NCBI RefSeq assembly: GCF_000020025.1
Contig: NC_010628.1
Span: 240,001-272,000, forward strand
DNA length: 32,000 nucleotides
Direction: 5' to 3'
Source: Nostoc punctiforme PCC 73102
Lineage (GTDB): Bacteria; Cyanobacteriota; Cyanobacteriia; Cyanobacteriales; Nostocaceae
Under the pieces are notes generated by a model that saw only the letters and a list, made by a program, of their open reading frames with translations, made no database searches and was not told the DNA's origin. Made by a program: the position numbers and the translations under genes. Shown one piece after another: positions 1 through 9,465 of this stretch (positions are counted from its first letter, which is position 1; the number at the start of each line of letters is the position of its first letter).

Positions 1-1149
1 AAATTTCTCTAACCTATCCATTCCCTTTTCAATGGTTGCCATATCTGTAGCGTAGGAAAGGCGAATGTTGTCATCAGCGCCAAAAGCAATTCCAGGAATG
101 ACTGCAACTTGATGTTTTTCCAACAAAGCGTCACAAAATTCTAGGGATTTTAGACCGGTTTTGCTGATATCAGGGAACAGATAAAACGCGCCATCTGGTT
201 TTGCGGTACTCAATCCGGGAATGGCATTGAGTCTGTCTAGCATTACCTGTCGGCGTTTGGCGAAGGCTTGGCGCATTTCTTCGACGCAATCTTGAGAACT
301 TTGTAGCGCTGCGATCGCACCATATTGAGCAAAGGTACACACGTTAGATGTACTATGCCCTTGGATGGTACTTGCTGCTTTAATAATTTCCACTGGCCCC
401 GCTAAATAGCCGATTCTCCAACCAGTCATAGAATAAGCCTTCGCAAACCCATTACTGATCAAAGTGCGATCAAAAATTTCCTTTCCAAGAGAACCGATGC
501 TGATATGTTCTGCACCGTCGTAGAGGATCTTTTCGTAAATCTCATCAGAGACGACAAAGATATCTGCATCAACTACTACCTGCGCCAGTGCTTTGATTTC
601 GTCTGGCGTGTAAACCATCCCTGTGGGATTAGATGGAGAGTTGAGGATAAATAACTTTGTTTTGGGGGTGATTGCTTTACGGAGTTGTTCGGGAGTAATT
701 TTATAACCCGTCGTGGCATCTGTGGGTACAATTACTGCAACTCCACCGACTAAAGTCACCATTTCGGGATAACTTAGCCAGTAGGGTGCAGGGATAATTA
801 CCTCATCGCCTAGATCGATTAACGCCACTATCAAGTTGTACAGAGAATGCTTACCGCCATTAGTGACGATGACATTCTCCGACTTGTAATCAAGACCGTT
901 ATCATTTTTGAGCTTATGGGCGATCGCTTCCCTTAACTTTGGTTCTCCGGCTGCTGCACCATACTTGGTTTTGCCTTCATCCAAAGCTTTGACTGCTGCG
1001 GCTTTAATATGCGCTGGGGTATCAAAATCTGGTTCTCCAGCGCTAAAACTACAAACATCTATTCCTTCTGCCTTCAGTGCCTTAGCCTTGGCTGCGATCG
1101 CTAAGGTCAATGAAGGTGTTACCTGACTTACTCTTGCTGCCAGCTTCAT
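1..1149 (-). CDS. Class I (aspartate-type) PLP aminotransferase; C-terminus runs off the window
   Basis: Absent from the ORF track because it is open to the window edge. Reverse-strand translation from the ATG (complement of 1147-1149) reads [45 protein letters not shown]...[12 protein letters not shown]...[21 protein letters not shown]. These are typical AspC/AspB-type motifs, including the PLP-lysine context. Confidence 0.85.
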   Translation of the reverse strand, partial: MKLAARVSQVTPSLTLAIAAKAKALKAEGIDVCSFSAGEPDFDTPAHIKAAAVKALDEGKTKYGAAAGEPKLREAIAHKLKNDNGLDYKSENVIVTNGGKHSLYNLIVALIDLGDEVIIPAPYWLSYPEMVTLVGGVAVIVPTDATTGYKITPEQLRKAITPKTKLFILNSPSNPTGMVYTPDEIKALAQVVVDADIFVVSDEIYEKILYDGAEHISIGSLGKEIFDRTLISNGFAKAYSMTGWRIGYLAGPVEIIKAASTIQGHSTSNVCTFAQYGAIAALQSSQDCVEEMRQAFAKRRQVMLDRLNAIPGLSTAKPDGAFYLFPDISKTGLKSLEFCDALLEKHQVAVIPGIAFGADDNIRLSYATDMATIEKGMDRLEKF

Positions 1150-1260
1150 TCTTACTATATTTTGGCAAATCTTTCACTTATCTAAGGATATCCCAGAATC
1201 ATTACCGAGATTTGCTTTTTCTGAATTCGTTGGGCAATGGGGCATTGAACATGAAGAAGA

Positions 1261-1315
1261 GACAAGGGAGACAAGAGAGAGACTTGTTCAATAATTCCTC
1301 CTTGTCCCCCTTGTC
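1261..1315. repeat. Imperfect hairpin: purine-rich arm GACAAGGGAGACAAG pairs with pyrimidine-rich arm CTTGTCCCCCTTGTC
   Basis: Arms at 1261-1275 and 1301-1315 are reverse complements with one mismatch. The hairpin lies in the divergent spacer between the aminotransferase and the RNase T2 start. Confidence 0.5.
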
Positions 1316-1508
1316 TTCCTGCTCCCTATCCCTGCCCCCTACCTCTTATTTGAACCTTGATTATTGACTCTTAGCAATGTATCGTATATAACTTGATTTT
1401 TAGTGCAAAGTAACTGTTTTTATGCAGATTAAGAAACTTTTAATTACATCTTCTCTGTTAATTACTAATCTTTTTATACCTAATGCTGCCATTGCTCAAA
1501 ATCGCGGT

Positions 1509-1517
1509 ACTCCAGGT
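1509..1517. repeat. Target-site duplication ACTCCAGGT (left copy)
   Basis: Identical 9-mer immediately outside each IS terminus (1509-1517 and 3161-3169). Confidence 0.9.
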
Positions 1518-3160
1518 CAGCAATTCTCATCATGAGAATGATTATAACTATCATTAGCATCTATGCAAAATTTTCAGTTAAAGGTATGGTTTTTGTATCT
1601 CAATACTCGCGAACGCAGGAGCTTTTTTGAATCAGCCAGGAATTTTTGACGAAATAGTACAATACTTTCAGTCAATCCTGAAAGATTTACCTGATAAGCG
1701 AACAGGCAAAAACAAACGCTATCAAATGAGTGATGCAGCATTAAGCGCATTCTCCATATTTTTTACTCAGAGTCCTTCTTTTCTTGCCCATCAAAGGTCA
1801 ATGGCACATAGTAAGGGACATAATAATGCTCAAAGCTTGTTTGGGGTACACCAAATTCCAAGCGATAACCATATCCGAGATTTACTTGATGAGATAGAAC
1901 CAACCGTTGTGGTTTCCGGTGTTTACCAAGATTTTCAAAGCATTAGAGAATGGTAAACACTTATCAAAATTTCGTTCTTTTAAAAATAATTTGCTGATAG
2001 CTCTAGATGGAACAGAATATTTTTGCTCCAATGAAATTCACTGTGAACACTGTTCGAGCAGAACTTTTAAAAACGGAACAACTCAGTATTTTCATACTGG
2101 TGGTGACACCAGTAATTGTTTGTCCTAGTAATTCTCAAGTAATCCCGTTAATACCAGAGTTTTGTTGTCCCTCAAGACGGATATCAAAAGCAGGATTGTG
2201 AGAATGCGGCAGCAAAACGTTGGATTCAGAAATATGCCAAACAGTATGCATCTCTTGGTATTACCATTTTAGGAGATGATCTTTATTGCCATCAACCTTT
2301 ATGTGAATTATTACTACAAGAAAAACTAAATTTCATTCTAGTGTGTCGGTCTAAATCCCATAAAACACTTTATGAATGGTTAGAAGGAATGCCCCTTGAT
2401 ACATTTAGTGTCAAACATTGGAAGGGCAAAGTCTATGAGATTTATACCTACCGTTATGTCAACCAAATTCCTTTACGGAATAGCGAGGATGCTTTATTAG
2501 TAAACTGGTGTGAATTGGCCATTACTCGCTCTGATGGGACTATAATCTACAAAATACCTTTGCGACAAATCATCGAATCACAGATATTAATGTTGAGGCG
2601 ATTGTGTCAGATGGTCGCAGCAGATGGAAAATAGAAAACGAAAATAATAACACTCTTAAAACCAAAGGTTACAACTTAGAACATAATTTCGGACATGGGA
2701 AAACGCATTTATCCTCCCTATTAGCAACCTTTAATATCCTTGCATTTCTGTTTCATACTCTACTTGACATTATAGATGAGAAATACCAATTTATCCGCCA
2801 GCATTTACCAACACGCAAGACCTTCTTTGATGATTTACGCGCCTTAACTCGTTATCTTTATTTTGATAGTTGGGAAAGTCTGCTTAACTTTATGATCCAC
2901 GGACTGGAATTAGAATTTCATCCCAACACAAGCTGAAAATTCATCTTACTTTTTGAGAATACTTACAACTCCGTGTAATACATGGAATTAGCTTGAATTG
3001 CCATGTATTACTTGGTAGTTCATTGTGTCTAAAAATCTGTTTGAAGTAGCCACTCCTAGTTCAAATTTATCATTCAGCAGAATTCTCAACGTCTCCCAGG
3101 CTTCATCGGTTAGTTTCGCTCTTAACATATTGATAACCATTCTCATAATGAGAATTGCTG
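1518..3160 (+). mobile_element. IS element, 1643 bp, IS4-like DDE type, with decayed transposase
   Basis: Terminal inverted repeats CAGCAATTCTCATCATGAGAATGATTAT (1518-1545) and the reverse complement of 3133-3160, CAGCAATTCTCATTATGAGAATGGTTAT, match at 26/28. They are flanked by a perfect 9-bp direct repeat. The interior encodes transposase fragments. Confidence 0.9.
1627..2936 (+). pseudogene. DDE transposase (IS4-like) broken by at least four frameshifts
   Basis: Five successive same-strand ORFs (1627-1956, 1907-2128, 2007-2201, 2170/2341-2634, 2604-2936) sit in frames 1, 2, 0, 1, 0. Read through, they give one continuous transposase-like sequence: ...LIALDGTEYFCSNEIHCEHCS...ITILGDDLYCHQP...SDGRSRWKIENENNNTLKTKGYNLEHNFGHG. 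The RW-IE-N...K block resembles the IS4-type C-terminal signature. Confidence 0.8.
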
Positions 3161-3169
3161 ACTCCAGGT
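3161..3169. repeat. Target-site duplication ACTCCAGGT (right copy)
   Basis: Identical to 1509-1517 and directly abuts the right IS terminus. Confidence 0.9.
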
Positions 3170-3749
3170 AAATTTGATTTTTATGTACTGACACTCTCCT
3201 GGTCGCCGGATTATTGTGCAAAAAATGGTACCCGTGACCCGCAGCAGTGCGGTTCTGGAAGGAAACTTGGTTTTGTATTACATGGTTTGTGGCCACAGTA
3301 CCAAACTGGTTATCCTGCTAATTGTTCCACGCAAAAACTACCGTCGGAAGTAAAGCAACGGTTTCCCAATTTGTATCCTAGTAATAAACTTTACGATCAT
3401 GAATGGGAAAAACATGGTACTTGTTCGGGGAAAACTCCTGCGGAATACTTGGGATTGAGTAAAAATTTAAAAGATGCGATCGCTATTCCCGCAGCTTATA
3501 ATCGTCCCAATAAACCTTTGCGTACCACAATTACAAATTTTAAAAATTCATTTGTGAGTGCTAATAATAAAATTACTGCTGATGGTGTAGCACCTTTCTG
3601 TTCTGGTTCGGGAAGGTTTTTACAAGAAGTCTTCTTTTGTTATTCCAAAAACGGTGAACCTGGTATTTGTAGTGCCGAGATTTTGAAGCGATCGCGAAAA
3701 AGTTGTGGTCAACCAGATTTCTTAGTGAGAAATGTTAGATAAAATTTGG

Positions 3750-3822
3750 AATGGGGAATGGGAATGGGGAATGGTTATTTCCTCCTTGCTCCCTCTGCCC
3801 CCTATTCCCTCATTTCCCCACT
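3750..3822. terminator. Imperfect G-rich/C-rich hairpin between convergent genes (possible bidirectional terminator)
   Basis: GGAATGGGGAATGGGAATGGGGAATGG is followed by CCCCCTATTCCCTCATTTCCCCA. It lies between the RNase T2 stop (3742) and the aldolase stop (3825). Confidence 0.4.
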
Positions 3823-3824
3823 TT

Positions 3825-4907
3825 TTAAGCTATTGTCACATCTGGCGATAAGTAAACATCTTGAATGGTATGAAATAACTTCACACCTTCCTCAAAAGGA
3901 CGCTGGAAGGTCTTTCGCCCAGAAATTAATCCCGAACCACCAGCGCGTTTGTTGATTACGGCGGTGCGAATTGCTTCGGCAAAGTCATTCTTACCAGTCG
4001 CACCACCAGAATTAATCAACCCTACGCGCCCAGAGTAGCAATTTAGTACTTGGTAACGAGTTAAATCAATTGGGTGATCGGTTGTCAGTTCTGTATAAAC
4101 GCGCTCATCTGTTTTGCCGTAACTCTTACCACTGGCTTTGGCAACTGCACCGTAACCATTGTTATTTTCGGGTAACTTTTGTTTGATGATATCAGCTTCA
4201 ATCGTCACACCTAAATGATTCGCCTGTCCGGTGAGGTCAGCCGCAAGGTGATAATCTTTATCTTGTTTAAAGGCGTTATTCCGCAGATAGCACCAGAGAA
4301 TAGTCGCCATCCCTAATTCATGGGCGCGTTTAAAAGCTTTGCTGATTTCCTGAATCTGTCTGGTAGACTGGTCTGAACCAAAGTAGATTGTCGCACCTAC
4401 TGCCGCCGCCCCTAAATTCCAAGCTTGTTCCACATCAGCAAACAATACCTGGTCAAATTGATTGGGGAAAGTCAGCAATTCGTTGTGATTGATCTTGGCA
4501 ATGAAGGGAATTTTGTGAGCATACTTGCGCGAAACTATACCCAATACTCCTAAAGTGGTAGCAACAGCATTGCAACCTGCGGCGATCGCTAATCTGACAA
4601 TATTTTCTGGGTCAAAGTAAATTGGATTGGGCGCAAAAGACGCACCCGCAGAATGTTCAATCCCTTGGTCTACAGGTAAAATCGAGAGATAACCTGTGTT
4701 TGCCAGACGACCAGTAGAATAAAGTAGCTGGAGATTACGCAATACTTGAGGATTGCGATCGCTGTTGATCCAGATTCGATCTACAAAGTCTGGCCCCGGC
4801 AAGTGTAGTAAATTCTGAGAAACCTTTGCTTTGTAGGTAAGCAGGTCTTCAGCCTCTTTACCTAGTAATGACTCGATAGAACTAGACTCTATGAGCGTTG
4901 TAGTCAT
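3825..4907 (-). CDS. fbaB: Class I fructose-bisphosphate aldolase (FbaB/DhnA type)
   Basis: 360 aa and collinear with my memory of E. coli FbaB: [10 protein letters not shown]...[39 protein letters not shown]...VGATIYFGS...LTGQANHL...INSGGA...[17 protein letters not shown]. Confidence 0.92.
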   Translation of the reverse strand: MTTTLIESSSIESLLGKEAEDLLTYKAKVSQNLLHLPGPDFVDRIWINSDRNPQVLRNLQLLYSTGRLANTGYLSILPVDQGIEHSAGASFAPNPIYFDPENIVRLAIAAGCNAVATTLGVLGIVSRKYAHKIPFIAKINHNELLTFPNQFDQVLFADVEQAWNLGAAAVGATIYFGSDQSTRQIQEISKAFKRAHELGMATILWCYLRNNAFKQDKDYHLAADLTGQANHLGVTIEADIIKQKLPENNNGYGAVAKASGKSYGKTDERVYTELTTDHPIDLTRYQVLNCYSGRVGLINSGGATGKNDFAEAIRTAVINKRAGGSGLISGRKTFQRPFEEGVKLFHTIQDVYLSPDVTIA

Positions 4908-5254
4908 AGTGTTTTCCTCAAAAATTGAGCAAATGACCTTGCCTTTAAGATAGCATTTTTAATACTCGTAACCTGGTTTTAGTTGCATTAACTAGATATA
5001 TATTCCTTTTGAGATAAAAGTCTTAAATCATTCTTTAAAAATTGATAAAATCAATGATTATCTGAGATATAACCATGATTTGAACCATGATACACAAATA
5101 AAAAATCGTGCTTTTGAGGATTTCTGTGAATTGCAGACTGATAATTTGATATATTTCAATTCTGATAGTTATCATCTGACAACAAAAAGGTCGGGAAGTA
5201 ATCTCCGCAGATTCCCATTGTTGTAATAATCGTTAAAAGAACAAATACAAGTCT

Positions 5255-5572
5255 ATGAGTAAGTTTCAAATCGATATCGACTTCAGCAATATAGATTTAG
5301 CTTCCCTTGAAACAGAAGAGGATTTTCAAAGAGAGGCAAAAATATTACTACCAAAGGTACTGGTAAAACTAGGTGAAAGCGTCGGTGAGAAGACTTGGGA
5401 AGAATTACAACAGAAGATGCAAGCATCTGGAGCTAAACTCAAATCTTCTCCAACCGAGAAACGTAAGTTTATGCAAGAAACAGGAAGAACTTATCAACGA
5501 AATGCGAGTAACAGAGAAAAACAAGAACTAGAAGAATATATAGTAGATCAATTACGCCAGTACAAACTGTAA
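5255..5572 (+). CDS. Hypothetical protein, 105 aa, charged and helical
   Basis: ATG-initiated ORF in an otherwise empty spacer. No recognisable motif. Confidence 0.45.
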   Translation: MSKFQIDIDFSNIDLASLETEEDFQREAKILLPKVLVKLGESVGEKTWEELQQKMQASGAKLKSSPTEKRKFMQETGRTYQRNASNREKQELEEYIVDQLRQYKL

Positions 5573-5739
5573 ATACAGCAGTTTTCTTTTGCATGAAGTA
5601 CAAATCTATAGGTTTTGAGGCAGAAGGTAGAAACTCTTTATATAGCAATCCGGTTTGATTCCTGTTCGCGCAGCGTAGCCATATTTACTTACGTCAGCAG
5701 AGAATAGGGAATAGGAAAAAATGGATAGTTAACAATAAC

Positions 5740-5797
5740 CGTAGGTTGGGTTGAACGTTCGCGTAGCGTCCCGTAGGGAAGTGAAACCCAACCTACG
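5740..5797. repeat. Nostoc-type dispersed hairpin repeat
   Basis: 12-bp stem GTAGGTTGGGTT (5741-5752) pairs with AACCCAACCTAC (5785-5796). The loop contains the CGTTCGCGTAGCGTCCCGTAGGG motif, and a related GTTCGCGCAGCGTAGCC lies about 80 nt upstream. Confidence 0.5.
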
Positions 5798-5969
5798 TGG
5801 GTTAAGGTTTTTATGGCTAACCCAAGCGTATCGGTATCTACTTAACTTGCATGGCTAATACCATTTCGCACTTTATTTTGTAGTACTTTTGTAAACCTTA
5901 AATTTACATAAAATATATTTTGCATTATTGTATAAAAATAATCCTTATATTACAGAGGTATCAACAATA

Positions 5970-6968
5970 ATGCTTAACTGGGACAGAACACTTCTAACTA
6001 CTAGTTCTTTGTGCCTACTTTTGTTCACTACAATGCTGCCAGTCAGAGCTAAACCAGTCCAACCAAAGAAACCGGCACCCACAGCTACAACAATTTACCA
6101 GCAAGCTAAAAAAGAATTACCTGAAGATTTTTATACCCTCTATCGCGTTATAGATAGAGTAGCACGTGCCAACGAATTAGATAATCGTCCTTGGCGGGTT
6201 GTGGCTGTTCCCAAGTATGATGTCAATGCCTATGCTAGTGACGTTAATTTGGTTGCTATTTACGATGGCATACTTGACCAGTTAGCTGGTGATTCTTCAG
6301 CATTAGCTTGTGTAGTTGCCCATGAAATGGGACATCACACCAAGCGTCACATTGCTGTTGGTGAAGCTAAAAAAACTGAGTTGATTGCCAAAATTCAAGA
6401 AGAAGCAACCAAAGAAGTACTGGGAGAAAGAGAAGCTGCAAACCAAGAGTCAACAGCTGCTAACGTTGGCGGTGCCGTCGTGAATCGTGTAGTTGGAGGA
6501 ACTTTTGGTGGTTTGCTGGGTTCAGTTCTTGGTAATCAAGGCGCTCAACGACAAGTAGAATCACAGCAACGCATTAATGAGATTGTCGAGAAAAAGAAAA
6601 AAGAGTTAGAACAGCGTTTAGCAGAACAAGAACGACAACAAGAGTTTGAAGCTGATGAAATTGGCTACATAGCTTCTGTGAAAGCAGGCTTTGAACCAGA
6701 AGGATGTTTAAGAGTAATGCAGGTTTTGGCTCAAACTCCTGGTTCTGAATTTGATACAACTCATCCAGCAGTACCCAAACGGATTGAGGCAATCAAAGCT
6801 TTAATTATTAAGTATCCACCCCAGACTTTGGCTAAAGAGGGTGAAGCGCGAATATCTAAGACAAAGCCTTTAACTTATAACATTTCTAAAGATAAGACCT
6901 CGTTACGGATTAACTCAGTTCGCGGTGGTTCCCAAGCAGATGATATAGAGCGCCGCTTTGGTAAATAA
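5970..6968 (+). CDS. M48-family zinc metallopeptidase with signal peptide
   Basis: HEMGHH (VAHEMGHHTKRH) plus a downstream EFEADEIGY third-ligand motif. ATG at 5970 gives MLNWDRTLLTTSSLCLLLFTTMLPVRA. The track start at 5928 is a TTG further upstream. Confidence 0.85.
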   Translation: MLNWDRTLLTTSSLCLLLFTTMLPVRAKPVQPKKPAPTATTIYQQAKKELPEDFYTLYRVIDRVARANELDNRPWRVVAVPKYDVNAYASDVNLVAIYDGILDQLAGDSSALACVVAHEMGHHTKRHIAVGEAKKTELIAKIQEEATKEVLGEREAANQESTAANVGGAVVNRVVGGTFGGLLGSVLGNQGAQRQVESQQRINEIVEKKKKELEQRLAEQERQQEFEADEIGYIASVKAGFEPEGCLRVMQVLAQTPGSEFDTTHPAVPKRIEAIKALIIKYPPQTLAKEGEARISKTKPLTYNISKDKTSLRINSVRGGSQADDIERRFGK

Positions 6969-7000
6969 AAACACTAAGTTATGAGTGGCATAAATATTAA

Positions 7001-7096
7001 GTAGGGTGTTCATCACTACATAACACGGTGTGTTAGGCGCGAGAGTCATATTTTTTGTAACAAACTATATCGAAATATGCGCCTAACAAACCCTAC
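7001..7096. repeat. MITE-like nested inverted repeat
   Basis: Outer arms are GTAGGGT and ACCCTAC. Inner arms TGTTAGGCGC (7031-7040) and GCGCCTAACA (7079-7088) are perfectly complementary. Confidence 0.5.
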
Positions 7097-7224
7097 AAGA
7101 ATTTTATTTTTACTTTATAAATAGCCTCTAATACCCATTTTGAGGATCAAATTACGTATTAAAGAGCGGCTGGAGTCAGCTAGACTAAAGAAGAAATTGC
7201 TTAATAAGTTTTAATAATTCTGTT

Positions 7225-7815
7225 ATGAGTACTGATTCACCTGTTAATTCTTCCGATAAGTCTGAATCTTCATTAGGGAAGCGTTTGAGAAACTTCTTAG
7301 TTGTAATGGTAGCGATCGCTCTTAGCGTTGCCCTCGTCTTAGGATTGCGAACTGAAACAACCTCAGCTTCCCTTGCCAAGTTAAGCAATTCGTCCACACC
7401 ATTAGAAGTAGCCGTCAGCAACGGCAAACCATCTCTAGTAGAGTTTTATGCTGATTGGTGTACTGTCTGTCAGAAAATGGCGCCAGATATCACTCAGCTA
7501 GAAACAGAGTATGCTGACAAGATGAATTTTGTCATGCTGAATGTGGATAATACCAAGTGGCTACCTGAAATGTTGAAATATCGGGTGGACGGGATTCCCC
7601 ATTTTGTATTTTTAAGTCAGCAAGGGGAAACCATAGCTCAAGCGATCGGCGATCAACCCCGCACAATTATGGCTAGTAACTTAGAAGCTTTGGTTACTGG
7701 TTCGTCTCTTCCTTATGCTCAAGCTAGCGGGAAAGTTTCCAAATTTTCAGCCCCAGTAGCACCAACAGCTAGTCAAGATGATCCCCGCAGTCATGGCAGC
7801 CAGGTAGTAAATTAA
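7225..7815 (+). CDS. txlA: Membrane-anchored thioredoxin-like protein (TxlA-like)
   Basis: N-terminal TM segment FLVVMVAIALSVALVLGL, then a thioredoxin fold with the active site WCTVCQ. Confidence 0.85.
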   Translation: MSTDSPVNSSDKSESSLGKRLRNFLVVMVAIALSVALVLGLRTETTSASLAKLSNSSTPLEVAVSNGKPSLVEFYADWCTVCQKMAPDITQLETEYADKMNFVMLNVDNTKWLPEMLKYRVDGIPHFVFLSQQGETIAQAIGDQPRTIMASNLEALVTGSSLPYAQASGKVSKFSAPVAPTASQDDPRSHGSQVVN

Positions 7816-7816
7816 A

Positions 7817-7884
7817 GTAATTCGTAATTCGTAATTAAGGACTGTTATATATTTTTTGTTAAACCCAAAAATTACGAATTACGA
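7817..7884. terminator. Hairpin built from tandem heptamers (GTAATTC x3 pairing with AATTACG x2) between convergent genes
   Basis: TCGTAATTCGTAATT (7822-7836) is the exact reverse complement of AATTACGAATTACGA (7870-7884). It lies between the txlA stop (7815) and the cyanophycinase stop (7955). Confidence 0.5.
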
Positions 7885-7954
7885 GTTAGTAATTATTTAA
7901 AGCCTACTTAAGCCCTTAAAACTGTAAAGGCTTAATTTATGACTCTGTTCAACG

Positions 7955-8803
7955 TTAAATCTTTTCTGAATTTGCTAATACAGGCACATCTGGGATATAG
8001 CCATTATTTAAGATAGGTTGGCGGGTTTTCAAATCAAATTTATAGCCATGCGGTAAGATATGAAGCTTTGCTCCACAAATCGCTAAAGCCTCATCCTTTA
8101 AGATTTCGCCCATATTGTTATATGTATCCTGTACATCGACAATTGTGACTGAACCTTCACCAATGATTTCAATTTGTTTATCAGTAACTACCATCGCAGT
8201 ATTCTCATCAATACCAAATCCTAAATCAGCAGGCTCTTGTACCAAAGCTGAAATTAAGCGCCCTAAGCGTCCACGTTGTAAAAAATGTTGGTCAATTACT
8301 ACTCCCGGTAGAAAGCCTAAACCTGGCCCCATCTCGACAATTTCCATCCGAGGGTTAGTTTGAGAATCGCCTTCTACAATCATTTTATCTGGCATCACAG
8401 CTGCTCCTGCGCTTGTGCCTGCAATAACTGCTCCTTCAGCAAAACGCTTATGAATAGCTGTGTCAAGTTCAGTATCTTTAAGAATGCTTGTGATTCGAGC
8501 TTGATCTCCTCCAGTAAAGAATATTCCTGTAGCTTTGCTGACAGCTTCTAATGCCGTAGAAGAATATGCGTCATCACGAGTTTCCGTATCAACAATACGA
8601 GCATCTTCAGCTCCTAGCTTTTCAAATACTCTAATATAATTTTCTCCAACATCTCTAGGTAGTTCTGTCGCTGCTGTCATAATTACTATTTTTGCTTTCG
8701 TACCTCCAGCACGTCGTACAAACTCGCGTAGTATTTGACAATCTTCCTTTTTATCTTCAGCTCCTCCAATAATGATGAGTTCTTGTTTGCTATTAACTTC
8801 CAT
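7955..8803 (-). CDS. cphB: Cyanophycinase (S51 serine peptidase)
   Basis: 282 aa: ELIIIGGAEDK...IFFTGGDQARI...AVIAGTSAGAAVM (nucleophile Ser in GTSAG)...VVIDQHF. Confidence 0.9.
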   Translation of the reverse strand: MEVNSKQELIIIGGAEDKKEDCQILREFVRRAGGTKAKIVIMTAATELPRDVGENYIRVFEKLGAEDARIVDTETRDDAYSSTALEAVSKATGIFFTGGDQARITSILKDTELDTAIHKRFAEGAVIAGTSAGAAVMPDKMIVEGDSQTNPRMEIVEMGPGLGFLPGVVIDQHFLQRGRLGRLISALVQEPADLGFGIDENTAMVVTDKQIEIIGEGSVTIVDVQDTYNNMGEILKDEALAICGAKLHILPHGYKFDLKTRQPILNNGYIPDVPVLANSEKI

Positions 8804-9015
8804 AAGAATGGCTCCTGATATTAAATTAATTTAAATTAACTATGATTCCTAGCACTACGTAATCAGTCTTTGGAGATATTGAAATACATCCTTGAAGAAG
8901 AGAATTTTCATTAAAATTAGTGATTTAAAGATGAGTAACCTAAAATCAAAACGAGAACCACAAAAGTTTGATAAAGCAAAATGGTTCATAGTTTCAACAT
9001 CATTTATTAACAATG

Positions 9016-9465
9016 CTACACTTTTACTAAATCAACATCAGCAAGCCAGATGAATTGACTTTGACTCAATGCCGTTTCTTCCATAATTGGGGTACACCAC
9101 TCCACACCGTAAAGCCAACTGCTTTTGAGCCTAAAAATTCCTTGAATAATACGACGTGTCGGTTGGGGAGTAAAATCAACTTCAACCATATCGCCTAATT
9201 TAAAAAGCGAAGTAGGAACAACACCGTTTTTGAATACATTTGTTGGATGAAATTCTTTAGAAGACAAGTAAAGTATTTCACCAAGGCAAAAAATTGCATA
9301 AACCCATTCCTGTCCTTCCCAGTGAACACCGCAGCAATAGCCTGGCAGATCAGAGCTTGACAGGAAAACTTCTTCTAGTATCTGAACTGCTAATGGAGGC
9401 ATGGTTTGACCCCACGGAGGGGAAAGATGCCAGCAGGATTCCAAAAATGTAATCTGGTTAATCAT
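9016..9465 (-). CDS. Hypothetical protein, 149 aa, Trp/Cys-rich
   Basis: ATG-initiated ORF (complement of 9463-9465) with coding-like composition. I cannot name the family with confidence. Confidence 0.5.
   Translation of the reverse strand: MINQITFLESCWHLSPPWGQTMPPLAVQILEEVFLSSSDLPGYCCGVHWEGQEWVYAIFCLGEILYLSSKEFHPTNVFKNGVVPTSLFKLGDMVEVDFTPQPTRRIIQGIFRLKSSWLYGVEWCTPIMEETALSQSQFIWLADVDLVKV

Larger units (their letters stand above)
1422..3742 (+). pseudogene. Secreted RNase T2-family ribonuclease, interrupted by an IS insertion (exon-like parts 1422-1517 and 3161-3742)
   Basis: ATG at 1422 encodes a signal-peptide-like MQIKKLLITSSLLITNLFIPNAAIAQNRGTPG. The same frame resumes after the IS as TPGKFDFYVLTLSWSPDYC...FVLHGLWPQ...HEWEKHGTC (RNase T2 CAS I and CAS II histidine motifs). 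Removing 1518-3169 restores one open frame. The ORF-track start at 3155 lies inside the IS end and is an artefact. Confidence 0.85.

Noticed and set aside
908-1367. Plus-strand ORFs 908-1126 and 1110-1367
   Set aside because: The first is antisense to the well-supported aminotransferase. The second runs through the promoter spacer and hairpin repeat and has low-complexity sequence.
3155-3160. ORF-track start (TTG 3155) for the RNase T2 gene
   Set aside because: The start lies inside the IS terminal repeat. The real N-terminus with the signal peptide is at 1422-1517, upstream of the insertion.
2988-3296. 102-aa minus-strand ORF spanning the right IS end
   Set aside because: It crosses the IS terminus and TSD into the RNase T2 coding sequence, so it is a chimeric artefact of the insertion.
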